64,000 bases of DNA from contig DATLFH010000019.1 of the NCBI GenBank assembly GCA_035524965.1, positions 5,753 through 69,752 of the forward strand. The letters are read 5' to 3'. The notes below the pieces were generated by a model. The model did no database searches and had not been told where the DNA came from. It saw only the letters and a program-made list of their open reading frames with translations. The translations under genes were made by a program, and so were the position numbers. Positions 46,252 through 57,020 of the stretch are shown here, one piece after another (position 1 is the first letter of the stretch; every line of letters starts with the position of its first letter). The DNA comes from Gemmatimonadota bacterium (lineage in GTDB: Bacteria > Gemmatimonadota > Gemmatimonadetes > JACCXV01 > JAHWKZ01).

Positions 46252-47175
46252 TCAGGGTCTCGGCTGCTCGGGCCGGCGAAGCCAGACCGTCCCGTTGAAG
46301 GAGGCGAGCTCGATCCGCGCGCCTCCCGAGCCGAGCGTGAAGCGCATCTCCTTGCCGCGCTGCAGCTCCGAGATCGCGATCGGGAAGTCGGCCTCGATCC
46401 GCCCGTTGAACGTCGAGACGTGCACGCTGGCGTTCGTACCCGCCGGCACGGTGATATCGATCGGGCCGTTGTGCGTGCTCAGGCTGTATCGGCCGTCGGC
46501 GTGGAGCGTGCCGCGGTAGCGCACCGCTCCATTGATCGTGGTCGCCTCGACGCTACGGGAGTCGACCTCGGAGAGCACGACGCCGCCGTTCACCGAGGTG
46601 ACCTTGAGCTCACCGGTGACATCGGTCACTTGGACCGGCTGGTTCACCGACTGGGCTTCGACGCTTGCGCGCGCACCGACGAGATCGACGGAACCCTGCA
46701 CACTCTGCAACTGGACCAGCGTACGCCCGCCCCGCACCTTGATGTCGCCCCTGACGGTCCCCACCTCGACCCGCCCGCGGGTCTCCTCGATCGTCACGTC
46801 GGAATCCAAACCGTGGATCGAGAGGTCCATCGCTACCGGCACGGTGAGCCTGTAGTCGAGCGCCTCCTTTATCTTTCTCCGCTGATTCCAGCTCTCCCCG
46901 TGGATCGCCAGGACCCGACCGCCGACCTGAATCCGGATCGCGCCGCGGGCGGCTGCATCCGCGACCAGCCGCACGAAGTCCCGGTCCCACGTCCGGATCG
47001 TGATATCTCCGCGAAGATCGTGAAGCTCGAGACGGGTCTCCTCCGTAACGGCCAGGAGAGTGTCGATCTCGGACTGGGCCGCCCCGACACCCGGGACGGC
47101 CGCCGAGAGGGCGAGCGACGCCAGTGTGATCGTGCCGATGCGCCATGCGGAACGGCTGGCGTTCATATCACGCAT
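46252..47175 (-). CDS. DUF4097 putative adhesin / beta-helix protein
   Basis: Signal peptide and repeated G.V.V..V.G.I pattern. Lies downstream of a sigma/anti-sigma pair. Confidence 0.7.
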   Translation of the reverse strand: MRDMNASRSAWRIGTITLASLALSAAVPGVGAAQSEIDTLLAVTEETRLELHDLRGDITIRTWDRDFVRLVADAAARGAIRIQVGGRVLAIHGESWNQRRKIKEALDYRLTVPVAMDLSIHGLDSDVTIEETRGRVEVGTVRGDIKVRGGRTLVQLQSVQGSVDLVGARASVEAQSVNQPVQVTDVTGELKVTSVNGGVVLSEVDSRSVEATTINGAVRYRGTLHADGRYSLSTHNGPIDITVPAGTNASVHVSTFNGRIEADFPIAISELQRGKEMRFTLGSGGARIELASFNGTVWLRRPEQPRP

Positions 47176-47178
47176 CCT

Positions 47179-47814
47179 CTAGAGCGATACTTGAACGATC
47201 GCGGCCGCATCGCGCAAGACCTCGAGCTTCCGTTGGCGCGTATTCGTGAGGTGATCGTAGAGATAGATGCTGTTCGGATCGGCCTCGAGCGCTTCCAGCG
47301 TCTGTGCGATCGCCGCGTCGATGATCGCGATATTGGTCTCCACCGTCCGCACGGTCTCAGGATCCAATCGATCGCGGGACGCCTCGAAGGCCCGTTCGAG
47401 CTCGGCGGTCGCATCCGCATAACCACCCCGGGCGTCCGAGGAGACGGCCGGGCGGTCCGGCCGCCCCAGCCAGACGAGGCCGCCCGAGACGACGATCAGA
47501 GCGAGCGCCGCGGCGGCGAGCTGGGGAATCGTGAATGAGATCCGGGAGAACCTTTTCCGGCGGTGGGCCAGCGGGATCACTTCCGGGTCACGATCGACCC
47601 GGGCCTGCAGGCGGCGGGCGATCTCCGGCCAGAGATCCTCCTCGGGCAGGCGATCTTCGAGTCCCCGCGCCTCGGCGACGATCCGCTCGAGGTCGGCCAG
47701 CACGCCGGCGCATTCGGCGCAGTGCGCGAGGTGCGTCTCGAGCGCCTGCCGCTCGGCGGCGTTCAGCTCGCCATCGAGGTAGGCCGACAGCCTCTCCGTC
47801 CGGTGCTCGTTCAA
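47179..47814 (-). CDS. zinc-finger (ZAS-type) anti-sigma factor
   Basis: HLAHCAECA motif and one TM. Confidence 0.75.
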   Translation of the reverse strand: MNEHRTERLSAYLDGELNAAERQALETHLAHCAECAGVLADLERIVAEARGLEDRLPEEDLWPEIARRLQARVDRDPEVIPLAHRRKRFSRISFTIPQLAAAALALIVVSGGLVWLGRPDRPAVSSDARGGYADATAELERAFEASRDRLDPETVRTVETNIAIIDAAIAQTLEALEADPNSIYLYDHLTNTRQRKLEVLRDAAAIVQVSL

Positions 47815-47824
47815 GCCGCCCTCC

Positions 47825-48298
47825 CTACCGATTCAAGTGCTCGCGCACGAGCATGCGGGCCCGGTGGAGCTGCGATTTCGAGGTCCCCTCGGTGACGCCC
47901 AGCATGTCCGCGATCTCCCCGTGCTTGTAGCCCTCGACATCGTGCAGGACGAACACGCGCCGGGCGCCGCCGGGCAGACGGGCCATGGCGGCCTCCAGAT
48001 CGACCGTGACCGCCGGTTCCGCCGGTCTCGCACCCGCACCGGCGACCGTCTCCTCGTCCGTCCAGAAGCGCTCGTTCCGGCGATCCCGGGCCCGGCGGTG
48101 GCCGAGCAGGACGTTCACCGCCAGCCGGTGCAGCCACGTGCCGAACGCCGCCTCACCACGAAACGTGCCCAGCTTCTCCCAGGCGCGAACGAACACGTCC
48201 TGGGTGAGCTCGTCGGCCTCGTCGGCGCCGACCATTCGCCGCGCGAGTCCATGCACCCGCGCCGCGTGAGCGAGATAGAGACGCTCGAACGCGGCCAT
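47825..48298 (-). CDS. ECF sigma factor (N-terminus probably extends upstream from a non-ATG start)
   Basis: Regions 2 and 4 present. In-frame upstream sequence ...NIDAKLAAEGDMAAFERLY preceded by GGAGGG suggests a CTG start near 48364. Confidence 0.75.
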   Translation of the reverse strand: MAAFERLYLAHAARVHGLARRMVGADEADELTQDVFVRAWEKLGTFRGEAAFGTWLHRLAVNVLLGHRRARDRRNERFWTDEETVAGAGARPAEPAVTVDLEAAMARLPGGARRVFVLHDVEGYKHGEIADMLGVTEGTSKSQLHRARMLVREHLNR

Positions 48299-48469
48299 GT
48301 CGCCCTCGGCGGCGAGCTTGGCGTCGATATTCGAGCCCGCCCTCGGGGACGGCGTATCGATGGCCAGGATGTTCCCTCCGCGGCCGAGGGTTCGTCATAC
48401 ACCGGGTTGGACAGCGGGCGGGGAGGGAAGGTTGGAAGCGTCCCCGCCCGTGCGGGCAGAGCCTTGCGG

Positions 48470-49102
48470 CTACTGGCTGTGACCGGCGTGCGGGGCCGGG
48501 GCGGCCGGCGCGTCCGAAGGGCACGACACGGCCGGGTTGAACTCGGCGAACATTCCGCTCGGGTTCTCACGCTCGGTCCACACATGGAGCTCGTAGTGCG
48601 GCTCGAACATGTGGGCCTCGTCGATCTCGGTCGCGGGATCGTCCACCATCAGCGTGAACGGGACATCGTGGAACATCGGCGGCTCATCCGTCCCGTTCGC
48701 CGCCTCCCAGGCCGCCTGGAAGACCAGGTACTCGACGGCCACCAGATTCAGGGATCCGTCGGGCTGAGGCTCGTAGACCAGAACTTCGGGTTGCGAGACC
48801 TCGATCGTGGCGTTGTCGCCGGTGACCCGCGGCTCGAAGGCGGTGATGCCGAGCAGGTCCGGACGGAAGTAATGGATGCCCATGCCGCCTACCTCGGCCG
48901 GCAAACCGAACAGGGCCGCGGTGACGCAGGTATGGGTCGGGTCCGGGATGTAGCCGTCAGCAAGCGCCGCCTGGATGTCCCGGTACTTCGCGGTGGCCTC
49001 GCGGATCGCCGCCAGATCCTCGTCGATGCTCTGGGCGGCCGCCGGGCCCACGCCGGCCGCCGCCAGCGTCAAAAGAAAGGCGGGAACACACAATCCGCGC
49101 AT
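48470..49102 (-). CDS. hypothetical secreted protein
   Basis: Signal peptide from MRGLCVPAFLLTLAAAG. Confidence 0.5.
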   Translation of the reverse strand: MRGLCVPAFLLTLAAAGVGPAAAQSIDEDLAAIREATAKYRDIQAALADGYIPDPTHTCVTAALFGLPAEVGGMGIHYFRPDLLGITAFEPRVTGDNATIEVSQPEVLVYEPQPDGSLNLVAVEYLVFQAAWEAANGTDEPPMFHDVPFTLMVDDPATEIDEAHMFEPHYELHVWTERENPSGMFAEFNPAVSCPSDAPAAPAPHAGHSQ

Positions 49103-49218
49103 TCGTGATTCTCTCCACGACAAGGTTTTCGGGGATCCCCGTCCGCATTAGCGGAGAGGTGAGCGATCATTGACAAAATCGCCGTATCCACCGCGGACAG
49201 CAAGGACCGTACTGCCGC

Positions 49219-49782
49219 TCAGAACCAATCCGGCAGCGGGTTTCCCTCGCGCACCTCGTCCCAGGCGATCGACACGAGATACCAGCGCGTTCCGTCGGTT
49301 ACGAGCGTGATCGTGTTGATCCCGCGTGTGAAGGGCTCGGGATCCTCGGGGGACCGGCGCGACTCGTAGGCGCTCATCGCATTGGCGATGTTGCCGAAGC
49401 GCTGGAGCCCCCGCCCGGACTCCCGCTCGAAGAAGGGGTTCTCCTGAAGGAACGCGCCGCTCCGCTGCACGAAGTCCTCGACACCGAATACCCGCAGCGG
49501 CGTCGTGCCGTCCGGACGCGGAACCATCGATGACAGAACGGCGCCGGGGGCGAACAGCGAGCGGAAGCGGTCCCAGTCACGGCCGCCGGCGGGACCGCTG
49601 ATCACATCATAGAGCGCGGCGATGATCGCATCGATCGATTCGACATCGGCGGGCGCGGCGGCCGGGGCGGCGGGCCCGGCGGGATGGGCGACCGGCGCCT
49701 CCTGCGCTCCGGCCGTCCGGACAGCCGCCGCGGGCAGGAGCACGGCCAGAACGAGCGGGATCAGCCTAAAGGCAAGCTTCAT
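49219..49782 (-). CDS. secreted NTF2-like/SnoaL-like fold protein (paralog of 38744..39310)
   Basis: Signal peptide and shared motifs with the 38744 gene. Confidence 0.65.
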   Translation of the reverse strand: MKLAFRLIPLVLAVLLPAAAVRTAGAQEAPVAHPAGPAAPAAAPADVESIDAIIAALYDVISGPAGGRDWDRFRSLFAPGAVLSSMVPRPDGTTPLRVFGVEDFVQRSGAFLQENPFFERESGRGLQRFGNIANAMSAYESRRSPEDPEPFTRGINTITLVTDGTRWYLVSIAWDEVREGNPLPDWF

Positions 49783-49816
49783 GCGACCTCCTGAAGAGAC
49801 GGGTGAGGAATTTGAG

Positions 49817-52492
49817 CTACAGCGGCAGCCAGTAGGAGAACTTCACGGCCAGGATATTTTCGCCGTCCGCAGCGAACGAATCGAGCAGGTCGTCCGGGTT
49901 CACGAGCCGGCCGATCTTCTCGTCGGCGGCACGGTTCTGCTGCCACACCACGAAGAACGTGCTGCCGGGCCGCCACTCCCAGCGCATCACCAGGTTGCTC
50001 CGGAAGGAGAGCGCGTCGAAATCGGGGTTCTGGATCGTGAATGTGTCAGCGCCGGCGGTGACGGCGTAGTCGCCCTGCTCGTCCCGGACGAGCGTCGTCC
50101 CCCCCTCCTCGCCGTACGTCACCAGGTCATTGTCGCGTGCGCGCTCGAGCTCGCCGATGTCGAAAAACCGTCCGCTCGCGGCGAATGGCTCGGCGTAGAG
50201 CTCCAGGCTGAGCTCCGGTGAGAACGCGTAGCTGGCGCGCACCGGCATCGCGATCTCGCTGCGGTCGACCCACCCGAACACGTAGCGTCGGCCGAATGTC
50301 GCGGCCGGCCCCGCGTCGAGCGCGGTCAGGAACTGGCGGGAGTCGCGCGAGCGCTTGTAGCGCGGCTGGAACGAGAGCGTCAGCCGGTCGCTCGCCTGGA
50401 GCGTGAGCTCGGGATCGATCCGGTACTCCCAGCCGCCCAGCTCGCTCCGGCCGCCGAACGATCGCAACCCCCACCGAGTCGGGCTGCTGAAGTTGTTGAA
50501 CGCTCCGCCTGCCACCCACCAGCCGCGCGGCGTCTCCATGAGCGGGCCGCCGCGGGTCGCATCGTCGCTCGTGGAACGGAGCTGGATCCCGGTCTCGAAG
50601 AAGCCGCGGACGAAGTTCAGCAGCGTGTATTCGCTGAAGAGCCCGAGGTTGGAACGACGCCGGACGCCGTCGAAGTTCCAGTTGTTGCTCGAGAAACCGA
50701 CGAGCAGCCAGTTTCGGAAGATCGGTCCAGGGTTCGTCTCGCGGTAGCCGAGATCGATCCATCCCTGGATGTCGTCCGCGCGCGAGAGTCTACCGGCGTC
50801 GTTGATCTCGAAACCGGGGGAGTCCATCCAGATCCCGTGGTTCCAGCGCCAGTTCCCGGTCCGCTTCCCGCCCCGGAGGGCCGCCGACCAGCCGGTGAGC
50901 GATTCCCGATCGGGATCCAGTTCGACGTGATCGGCATCGGGCCGCTGGAAGAAGTGGGCGCTGCTCCGCTGGAGCTGCTCGATCGCGGCCGGCTCGCCGC
51001 TCACGTGGCTGAAGCCGAGGTGGCCCAGGATCTCGTACCAGCCGTCGGTGAAGCGCTTGTTCCAGTCGACCCCGCCCGTGATCGCCCGCTCGGGGAGCCG
51101 CGCCGCGAGCGCGGACCCGGATTCGAGGCTGCGCTGCACACCCGTCAGCGTCAGGCCGAGGATCGAGGCGTTCTCCCCGATCTGCTGCTGGAGTCGCATC
51201 ACACCGTATCCCGTGTACGGCTCGACCTTCACCTTGTCGGAGGCGCCCGTCTCGAGGTCGAAGGCCCGCGCGTGCTCGTCGTCGGTGACGGCCGCCAGGG
51301 CACCGACCGTGAGCCCGGAGGGAAGGCGGCCGGTCAGCTTGGCCGCCCCCCAGATCGTCGTCGTTTGGGGAGCGTCGTCGAAATCGCCGCCGCTCCGGCC
51401 GTGGGGAGGCGCGCCGATTCGCCGTGAGTAATAGTAAGCCGGTCCGACGCCCCCGAAGTTCTCCTGCCCCTTGGTGAAGAACGGTCGCCGCTCGTCGAAG
51501 AACGTCTCGAAGGCGGTCAGGTTGACCTCCGCGGGATCGGCTTCCACCTGCCCAAAATCGGGGTTGATCGCGGCATCGAGGGTAAGGTTGGGCCCCAGCC
51601 CCATCTGGAAATCGGCTCCCGTCCGACCACCCATCTCGAGCTCCTCGCGGAACGGATCGTCGGAGTCGATCAGGGCGTCCGAGGTGAGGGTCGCGCTGCT
51701 GGCCACGTACGGCGTGACCTCGACCCGGCGCGAGGGCGCGATGCCGCGGATCCCCACGAGATCGCCGAACCGCGATGCCCAGCCGGTCTGGTCGCGCGGC
51801 ACGACGATCCAGAAGTCGTCCTCGTTGAGCGCCGGCACGTAGCGGTTTACGTTGACCCCCCACACCTGCTCCTCGCCGGCGTTGAACCGGAGCTGAGAGA
51901 ACGGGATCCGCATCTCCGCCGTCCAGCCGTCGTCTCCGACCCGGGTGCGCGCCGTCCAGACCGGGTCGAAGGTGAAGTCGCGAGCGTGGAATTCATCGGT
52001 GTCCAGGGTGTGGAAATAGTCGACCCGCACGCCCGCCGCCGTGACCGCGAAGCTGTACGCCGTCCGACGGTCGTGGTACGTGTCCAGCGAGACGATCAGG
52101 CGCTCGGTGTTTCCGACATCGTCGCGGCGGGTCATCAGGTCGCCGATCTGCGATCGATCCTGGGCGTGCATTCGGGCGCCGACGTAAAGCGCGTGCTCGT
52201 CGAACAGGAAGGCGACTTCGGTCGGCAACGTGGCCGGCTGGCCCTGGTCGGGCTCCTTCTGGGTGAAGTCCGACACCCAGCGGGCGCTCCGCCAGGCGGC
52301 GTCGTCGAGGGAGCCGTCGATCTCGGGCGTGCCCCCCTGCACCCGGACCACCTGGATCTGCTTCCCGATCGCGGAATCGGCGGCCGCCGGTCCGGTTTCG
52401 CTGTTCTGAGACCGGGCGGCCGCGGAGGAAGGGACCCAGGCCGCCAGCGCGACCAGGGCGAGGAGGGCGAGAGCGGAGCTCAGCGAGCGCAT
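49817..52492 (-). CDS. large secreted DUF5916-like protein with CBM9-like N-terminus (outer-membrane/hydrolase-like)
   Basis: Signal peptide. 891 aa with a beta-rich C-terminus ending ...KFSYWLPL. Confidence 0.6.
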   Translation of the reverse strand: MRSLSSALALLALVALAAWVPSSAAARSQNSETGPAAADSAIGKQIQVVRVQGGTPEIDGSLDDAAWRSARWVSDFTQKEPDQGQPATLPTEVAFLFDEHALYVGARMHAQDRSQIGDLMTRRDDVGNTERLIVSLDTYHDRRTAYSFAVTAAGVRVDYFHTLDTDEFHARDFTFDPVWTARTRVGDDGWTAEMRIPFSQLRFNAGEEQVWGVNVNRYVPALNEDDFWIVVPRDQTGWASRFGDLVGIRGIAPSRRVEVTPYVASSATLTSDALIDSDDPFREELEMGGRTGADFQMGLGPNLTLDAAINPDFGQVEADPAEVNLTAFETFFDERRPFFTKGQENFGGVGPAYYYSRRIGAPPHGRSGGDFDDAPQTTTIWGAAKLTGRLPSGLTVGALAAVTDDEHARAFDLETGASDKVKVEPYTGYGVMRLQQQIGENASILGLTLTGVQRSLESGSALAARLPERAITGGVDWNKRFTDGWYEILGHLGFSHVSGEPAAIEQLQRSSAHFFQRPDADHVELDPDRESLTGWSAALRGGKRTGNWRWNHGIWMDSPGFEINDAGRLSRADDIQGWIDLGYRETNPGPIFRNWLLVGFSSNNWNFDGVRRRSNLGLFSEYTLLNFVRGFFETGIQLRSTSDDATRGGPLMETPRGWWVAGGAFNNFSSPTRWGLRSFGGRSELGGWEYRIDPELTLQASDRLTLSFQPRYKRSRDSRQFLTALDAGPAATFGRRYVFGWVDRSEIAMPVRASYAFSPELSLELYAEPFAASGRFFDIGELERARDNDLVTYGEEGGTTLVRDEQGDYAVTAGADTFTIQNPDFDALSFRSNLVMRWEWRPGSTFFVVWQQNRAADEKIGRLVNPDDLLDSFAADGENILAVKFSYWLPL

Positions 52493-52643
52493 CTCTCTCT
52501 ATAACGCGGCCAGTCCGGCCGGTGTTCAAAAGTGACCCTTGTCCTCCAGCACGTGCGGTCAGGCCTGCCCCTCCGGGCCCCCCCCCGGCCGCCGGTTCGA
52601 GGCGGCTTCGCCGCCTCCCTCGGGAGCCGTTATCTTTCCAGGC

Positions 52644-53393
52644 ATGGTCTACTTTCTGATCCCGGCCTACGACGAGGAGGGGACGATCGGGCTCCTCCTC
52701 TACAAAGTCCGGCAGGTGATGCGCGATGTCCGGCGCGAGTATCTCGCGATCGTACTCGACGACGGATCGCGGGACGGCACCCCCGAGGTCGCGGCGCAGT
52801 ATCAGCGCTTCCTGCCCGTCAAGGTTCTGCGCCACGCGGCCAATCAGGGGTTCGGGCCGACCCTCGACCGGTTGGTGCGCGAAGCAGCGCGCCTGTCCCG
52901 CTTTCCGGAGCGGGACATCGCCATTACGCTGGAGGCCGACTTCTCGTGGTCCCCGGATGCGGTGCCCGACATGGTGCGCCAGATCGAGGCTGGGGCGGAC
53001 ATCGTGATCGGTGCGCGAACCTCACTGCCCGGCGGCGTGACGGACCGGATGCCGTTGCCGAGGCGCGCGGCCGGGCGCTTCATCTCGATGATCCTTCGCG
53101 CGGTCATGCCGCTGAACGGAGTGACCGACTACACGTCCACCTTCCGGGCCTACCGGATCGGCATGCTGAAGCGTGCGATCGCCGCTCACCAGGAAAACCT
53201 CATCACCGCCCACGACGGCGCCGCGAACGTGGAGCTGCTGCTTCGACTGGGCCGGCTCCACCCCGGCGTAGCCGAGGTCCCGGCCCGCTGCCGCCTCGAT
53301 ATTCGGCCCCGACCGTCGCGGCACCGGTGGACGAGCGCCGTCCGGGGGCATCTGGCGCTGACCGGGAGGGTCGATCGCGTCGCTTCCCGATAG
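52644..53393 (+). CDS. glycosyltransferase family 2 (polyprenyl-phosphate glycosyltransferase, DPM1-like)
   Basis: MVYFLIPAYDEEGTI...VLDDGSRDGT motif. Confidence 0.8.
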   Translation: MVYFLIPAYDEEGTIGLLLYKVRQVMRDVRREYLAIVLDDGSRDGTPEVAAQYQRFLPVKVLRHAANQGFGPTLDRLVREAARLSRFPERDIAITLEADFSWSPDAVPDMVRQIEAGADIVIGARTSLPGGVTDRMPLPRRAAGRFISMILRAVMPLNGVTDYTSTFRAYRIGMLKRAIAAHQENLITAHDGAANVELLLRLGRLHPGVAEVPARCRLDIRPRPSRHRWTSAVRGHLALTGRVDRVASR

Positions 53394-53448
53394 CGTCCTG
53401 CCCTGCGAATCGGAACAATTCTTGCGACTAGGCCGTATCAATCCAGCG

Positions 53449-54219
53449 ATGAAGAACATCTTCAGACTCCTCGGCATCGGCCTGCTTTCAACGGCAGGCA
53501 GCGTCTCCGCGCAGACTCATCCCGGTCTGCTGCGGGAGGTTTCGTTCCTCCCCGGCGAGACGATGGACTACGCGGTATCCTATGGCGTGGTGCCGGCCGG
53601 GACGATGAAGCTCGAGGTCCAGGATCTCGAGACCTTCATGGGACGGCCGGCCTATCACTTCGCATTCAGCGCCGAGAGCAACCGCGCCGTGTCGTTCCTC
53701 TACCAGTTGGAACAGACCGAGGAGGCCTGGTTCGACGCGCAGGAGCTCTACTCTCTCAAGTACGAGCGCCGTTCGACCGAGAACGACAAGACGCGGACGC
53801 AAGAGTACCGCTTCGATCAGGAGCGCCTTCTCCGGATCGAAGCGGACGGGAACACGAAACCGGCCAGCCCGCGCGCGGTCGACCAGCTTTCGATGATCTA
53901 TTACCTGCGCCTGCTGCCCTATCAGCCGGGCGCCCGCTTCACCCTGCGGAATCAGGCGGATCCCGAGGACAATCCGATCGCCATCCAGGTGTTGAAGATC
54001 GAGCGCGTGAAGGTCCCCGCCGGAACGTTCGAGACCTACGTCCTGAAGCTCGACCTGACGACCGACAGCGGCGTCTTCAAGAAGGGCGGAGAGAACCGGG
54101 TCTGGGTTACGGTTGACGGGCGCCACATCCCGGTCAAGCTGTCGAGCAAGATCGGGCTGGGGAACTTCCAGGCCGAGCTGGTGGAGTACTCGGCTGGATC
54201 CCCGGTCGCGCGGCGTTGA
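53449..54219 (+). CDS. DUF3108 domain secreted protein
   Basis: Signal peptide and beta-rich sequence. Confidence 0.6.
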   Translation: MKNIFRLLGIGLLSTAGSVSAQTHPGLLREVSFLPGETMDYAVSYGVVPAGTMKLEVQDLETFMGRPAYHFAFSAESNRAVSFLYQLEQTEEAWFDAQELYSLKYERRSTENDKTRTQEYRFDQERLLRIEADGNTKPASPRAVDQLSMIYYLRLLPYQPGARFTLRNQADPEDNPIAIQVLKIERVKVPAGTFETYVLKLDLTTDSGVFKKGGENRVWVTVDGRHIPVKLSSKIGLGNFQAELVEYSAGSPVARR

Positions 54220-54270
54220 CGGCAGGGAAACCTCCCGCGCTTCACCTCGATCCTCGACCCTAGGCGAGCG

Positions 54271-55239
54271 GTGACCTCACGCTACGAGGCGGCGGACCTC
54301 GCAGCAGTCACGCCGATCCCGTTCGCCAGCCGCCGCAACCGGGTCACGCGCGCCCGGTTCGGCCACGTGCTCGAGCCTCCCCCCGCAGTCGAGTCCCTCA
54401 TCGAGTCCCTGCCCGATCTGCTGGCGGCGACCGCGTTCCGCACGATCGTCGCCCGCTGGGCGGAGGCGGTCGGCGGCGATCGGGCCGTCGTCCTCCTCCT
54501 CGGAGGCCACGTCGTAAAGGCCGGCTGCTCTCCTTTCCTCATCGATTGCGTGGCCCGCGGCTGGGTGACGCACCTCGCGCTCAACGGCGCGACTGCGATC
54601 CACGACTTCGAGATCGCCCTGTTCGGCGAGACCTCCGAGGACGTGGCCGCCAACCTCGCCGACGGCTCGTTCGGCCTGTCCGACGAGACGGGTCGCGGGA
54701 TGGCGGAAGCTGCGGAGATGGCGCGGGGCGACGGGCTCGGGCTCGGGGAGGCTCTCGGCCGCTGGCTCCTCGAACACGATCCGCCCGTTTCCCACGCCGC
54801 CGAGAGCCTCCTCGCGCAGGCGTATGTCCACGCCATCCCGCTCACCGTCCACACCGCGATCGGGGCCGAGATCCATCACCAGCACCCGGCGTTCGACGGC
54901 GCCGCGGCGGGCGCTGCTAGCCACCTCGATTTTCGCATCCTGGCTGCCGGCCTGCGCGGCCTGCACGACGGGGGGGTGGTCGTCAACTTCGGCTCGGCGG
55001 TCGTCCTTCCCGAGGTATTCGTGAAGGCGCTCAACGTGGCACGACACCTCTGGCCACCGCTCAGGAACTTCACCGCCGCCGACTTCGACATGCTCCGCCA
55101 GTATCGTCCGCTGGCGAACGTGATCGGAAGACCAGTGCTCGAGGGAGGCGAGGGCTATCACGTCACCGGGCACCACGAGCTGCTGATCCCCCTGCTCTAC
55201 TACGCCCTGCGCGCGAGGCTGGCCCGTGAACCTTCGTGA
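54271..55239 (+). CDS. conserved hypothetical protein (possible deoxyhypusine-synthase-like NAD-binding fold)
   Basis: 322 aa with natural composition. The fold assignment is tentative. Confidence 0.45.
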   Translation: MTSRYEAADLAAVTPIPFASRRNRVTRARFGHVLEPPPAVESLIESLPDLLAATAFRTIVARWAEAVGGDRAVVLLLGGHVVKAGCSPFLIDCVARGWVTHLALNGATAIHDFEIALFGETSEDVAANLADGSFGLSDETGRGMAEAAEMARGDGLGLGEALGRWLLEHDPPVSHAAESLLAQAYVHAIPLTVHTAIGAEIHHQHPAFDGAAAGAASHLDFRILAAGLRGLHDGGVVVNFGSAVVLPEVFVKALNVARHLWPPLRNFTAADFDMLRQYRPLANVIGRPVLEGGEGYHVTGHHELLIPLLYYALRARLAREPS

Positions 55240-55248
55240 GCGGGCGCC

Positions 55249-56037
55249 GTGACGGCCGGCGGCCTCCGCGCCCCCTTTCCCCCGGCCGGCTACCGTCGCT
55301 GGCGCGCGGGGCCGCACGACGCCGTCGCCTGGGAGCCGGCGGCCGAGCCGGTGCGCGCCGCGCTGGCCGAATCGGGGTCGTTGTACGACTGGGCGGCCGC
55401 CCACTCGGAACGGGAGGTCGAGACCGGTCGCGGGCGCCTCTTTGCCGTCCGGCTGGGTCCTCTCCGGGCGGCGGTGCGGCACTACCGACGCGGCGGCTGG
55501 ATCGCCCCGCTGCTCGATGACCGCTACTTCGACGATCCGCCGCGTCCCTTCGCCGAACTCGCGATCAGCGAGGGGCTCCGGCAGGCGGGCGTGAGCACGC
55601 CGCGCGTGCTGGCGGGGGTCGTCACGCGGGCCGCGCCCGGCTACCGCGCGGACCTCGCCACGGAGTGGCTCGAGCCCGGGCTCGACCTCGTGTCGCTCCT
55701 CGCGCCCAATCATTACCCGGACGACGAACGCGCGGCCGCACTGGCGGCAGCCGGTGAGACGGTCGGCCGCGCCCACCGGGCCGGTCTCGACCACCCCGAT
55801 CTCAACCCGGGCAACGTGTTCGTCCAACCTTTCCAGAACGGCTGGTCGGCCGCTCTTCTCGACCTCGACCGCGCCCGTATCACGGTCGCACTTTCGGCGG
55901 GGTTTGAAAGACGAAACCTGCGCCGGTTCCAACGGGCGATCGAAAAGGCCTGCCGGCAGGGTCGCCTTGCGTGGGGTATTGTGGAGCGGGAAGCCTTTCA
56001 GGCGGGGTATGAGCGGGGCTATCCGCGCGCCGTGTAA
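55249..56037 (+). CDS. lipopolysaccharide kinase (Kdo/WaaP) family protein
   Basis: Catalytic loop HRAGLDHPDLNPGNVFV. Confidence 0.65.
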   Translation: MTAGGLRAPFPPAGYRRWRAGPHDAVAWEPAAEPVRAALAESGSLYDWAAAHSEREVETGRGRLFAVRLGPLRAAVRHYRRGGWIAPLLDDRYFDDPPRPFAELAISEGLRQAGVSTPRVLAGVVTRAAPGYRADLATEWLEPGLDLVSLLAPNHYPDDERAAALAAAGETVGRAHRAGLDHPDLNPGNVFVQPFQNGWSAALLDLDRARITVALSAGFERRNLRRFQRAIEKACRQGRLAWGIVEREAFQAGYERGYPRAV

Positions 56038-57020
56038 GGTCCGGCCCGCGACTCGCTCGATGTGGACCCCGCCGGATAGCGGACAACGCGGCGGGCTGCC
56101 TCTTCGCTCTCCTTCCCGTTCCGGCCGCCCTGCGCATCCGGGCCGTCACCCGGTTTCCCGAACCAGCCTCCCCCGGTCTGCCCCTCCAGCCATACCAGAC
56201 CGATCAGGAGCGCGAGGCTGCCGAGCAGCAGTGCCAGGACCAGCACCGCCACGAACCAGGTTCCGGGAGTCTCCGATGGTACGGACTCCATGAACGTCGC
56301 CTGTGCGATCGCCAGCGACAGGCCGTTGAAGACCGAGTGGACGATGATAGCGGCCACGAGCGTCCGGGTCGCCAGGACGACCCACGCGAGGATGAGCCCC
56401 AGAAAGAAAGTCGGCAGGATCTGCCACGGATTGTAGAGGTGAAACAGGGCGAAGAAAACCGCCGTCCAGAAGCTCGCGGTATGCGGTCCGTAGCGCCGCG
56501 CCAGCCCCTGCAGCAGGACCCCGCGGAAGAGAGCCTCCTCCAGCGTGGGGGCGATCACCACGGCGATGAGGAGGGTCGCGATCATGTCGCCCGTGCCGCT
56601 CATCTCGAGGAGGTCGCGGAGCATCGACTCGAACATCTCCGGGACCGGCACGATTCGCTGGATGACGACGTACAGCTCGCTGAATACCGTCACCGAGCCG
56701 AGGACGACCAGGACCAGGGGGGCGAGCGAGCGCTTTTCCACCGGATGCAGCGCGATCGCCTCACGCCATGGCAGCTTCGTCCGCCGGATGGCGTAGAGAA
56801 TCGCAACCGCCAGCGCGATTTCCGTAGGAGCCGCCATCTGGGCGATGTCGGGCCAGTCGGGGAAGAGTACGACCGTCACCCCGGCCAGCACGGCGGCCAG
56901 CAGGAGCGTGCCCAGCAGGAGCCCTACGGTGCGGGCCAGGGTCGGATAGGGGGGTCTCGTCACGGCGGATGGGGGCTGAGGGTTGCGCGCCGTTGGGACC
57001 ACGGCGTCGTTCCGAATCAC
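56019..57020 (-). CDS. CPBP family intramembrane metalloprotease (CAAX protease/Abi)
   Basis: EEALFRG and FALFHLYN motifs in a polytopic membrane protein. The start and the C-terminal tail are uncertain. Confidence 0.7.
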   Translation of the reverse strand: MIRNDAVVPTARNPQPPSAVTRPPYPTLARTVGLLLGTLLLAAVLAGVTVVLFPDWPDIAQMAAPTEIALAVAILYAIRRTKLPWREAIALHPVEKRSLAPLVLVVLGSVTVFSELYVVIQRIVPVPEMFESMLRDLLEMSGTGDMIATLLIAVVIAPTLEEALFRGVLLQGLARRYGPHTASFWTAVFFALFHLYNPWQILPTFFLGLILAWVVLATRTLVAAIIVHSVFNGLSLAIAQATFMESVPSETPGTWFVAVLVLALLLGSLALLIGLVWLEGQTGGGWFGKPGDGPDAQGGRNGKESEEAARRVVRYPAGSTSSESRAGPYTARG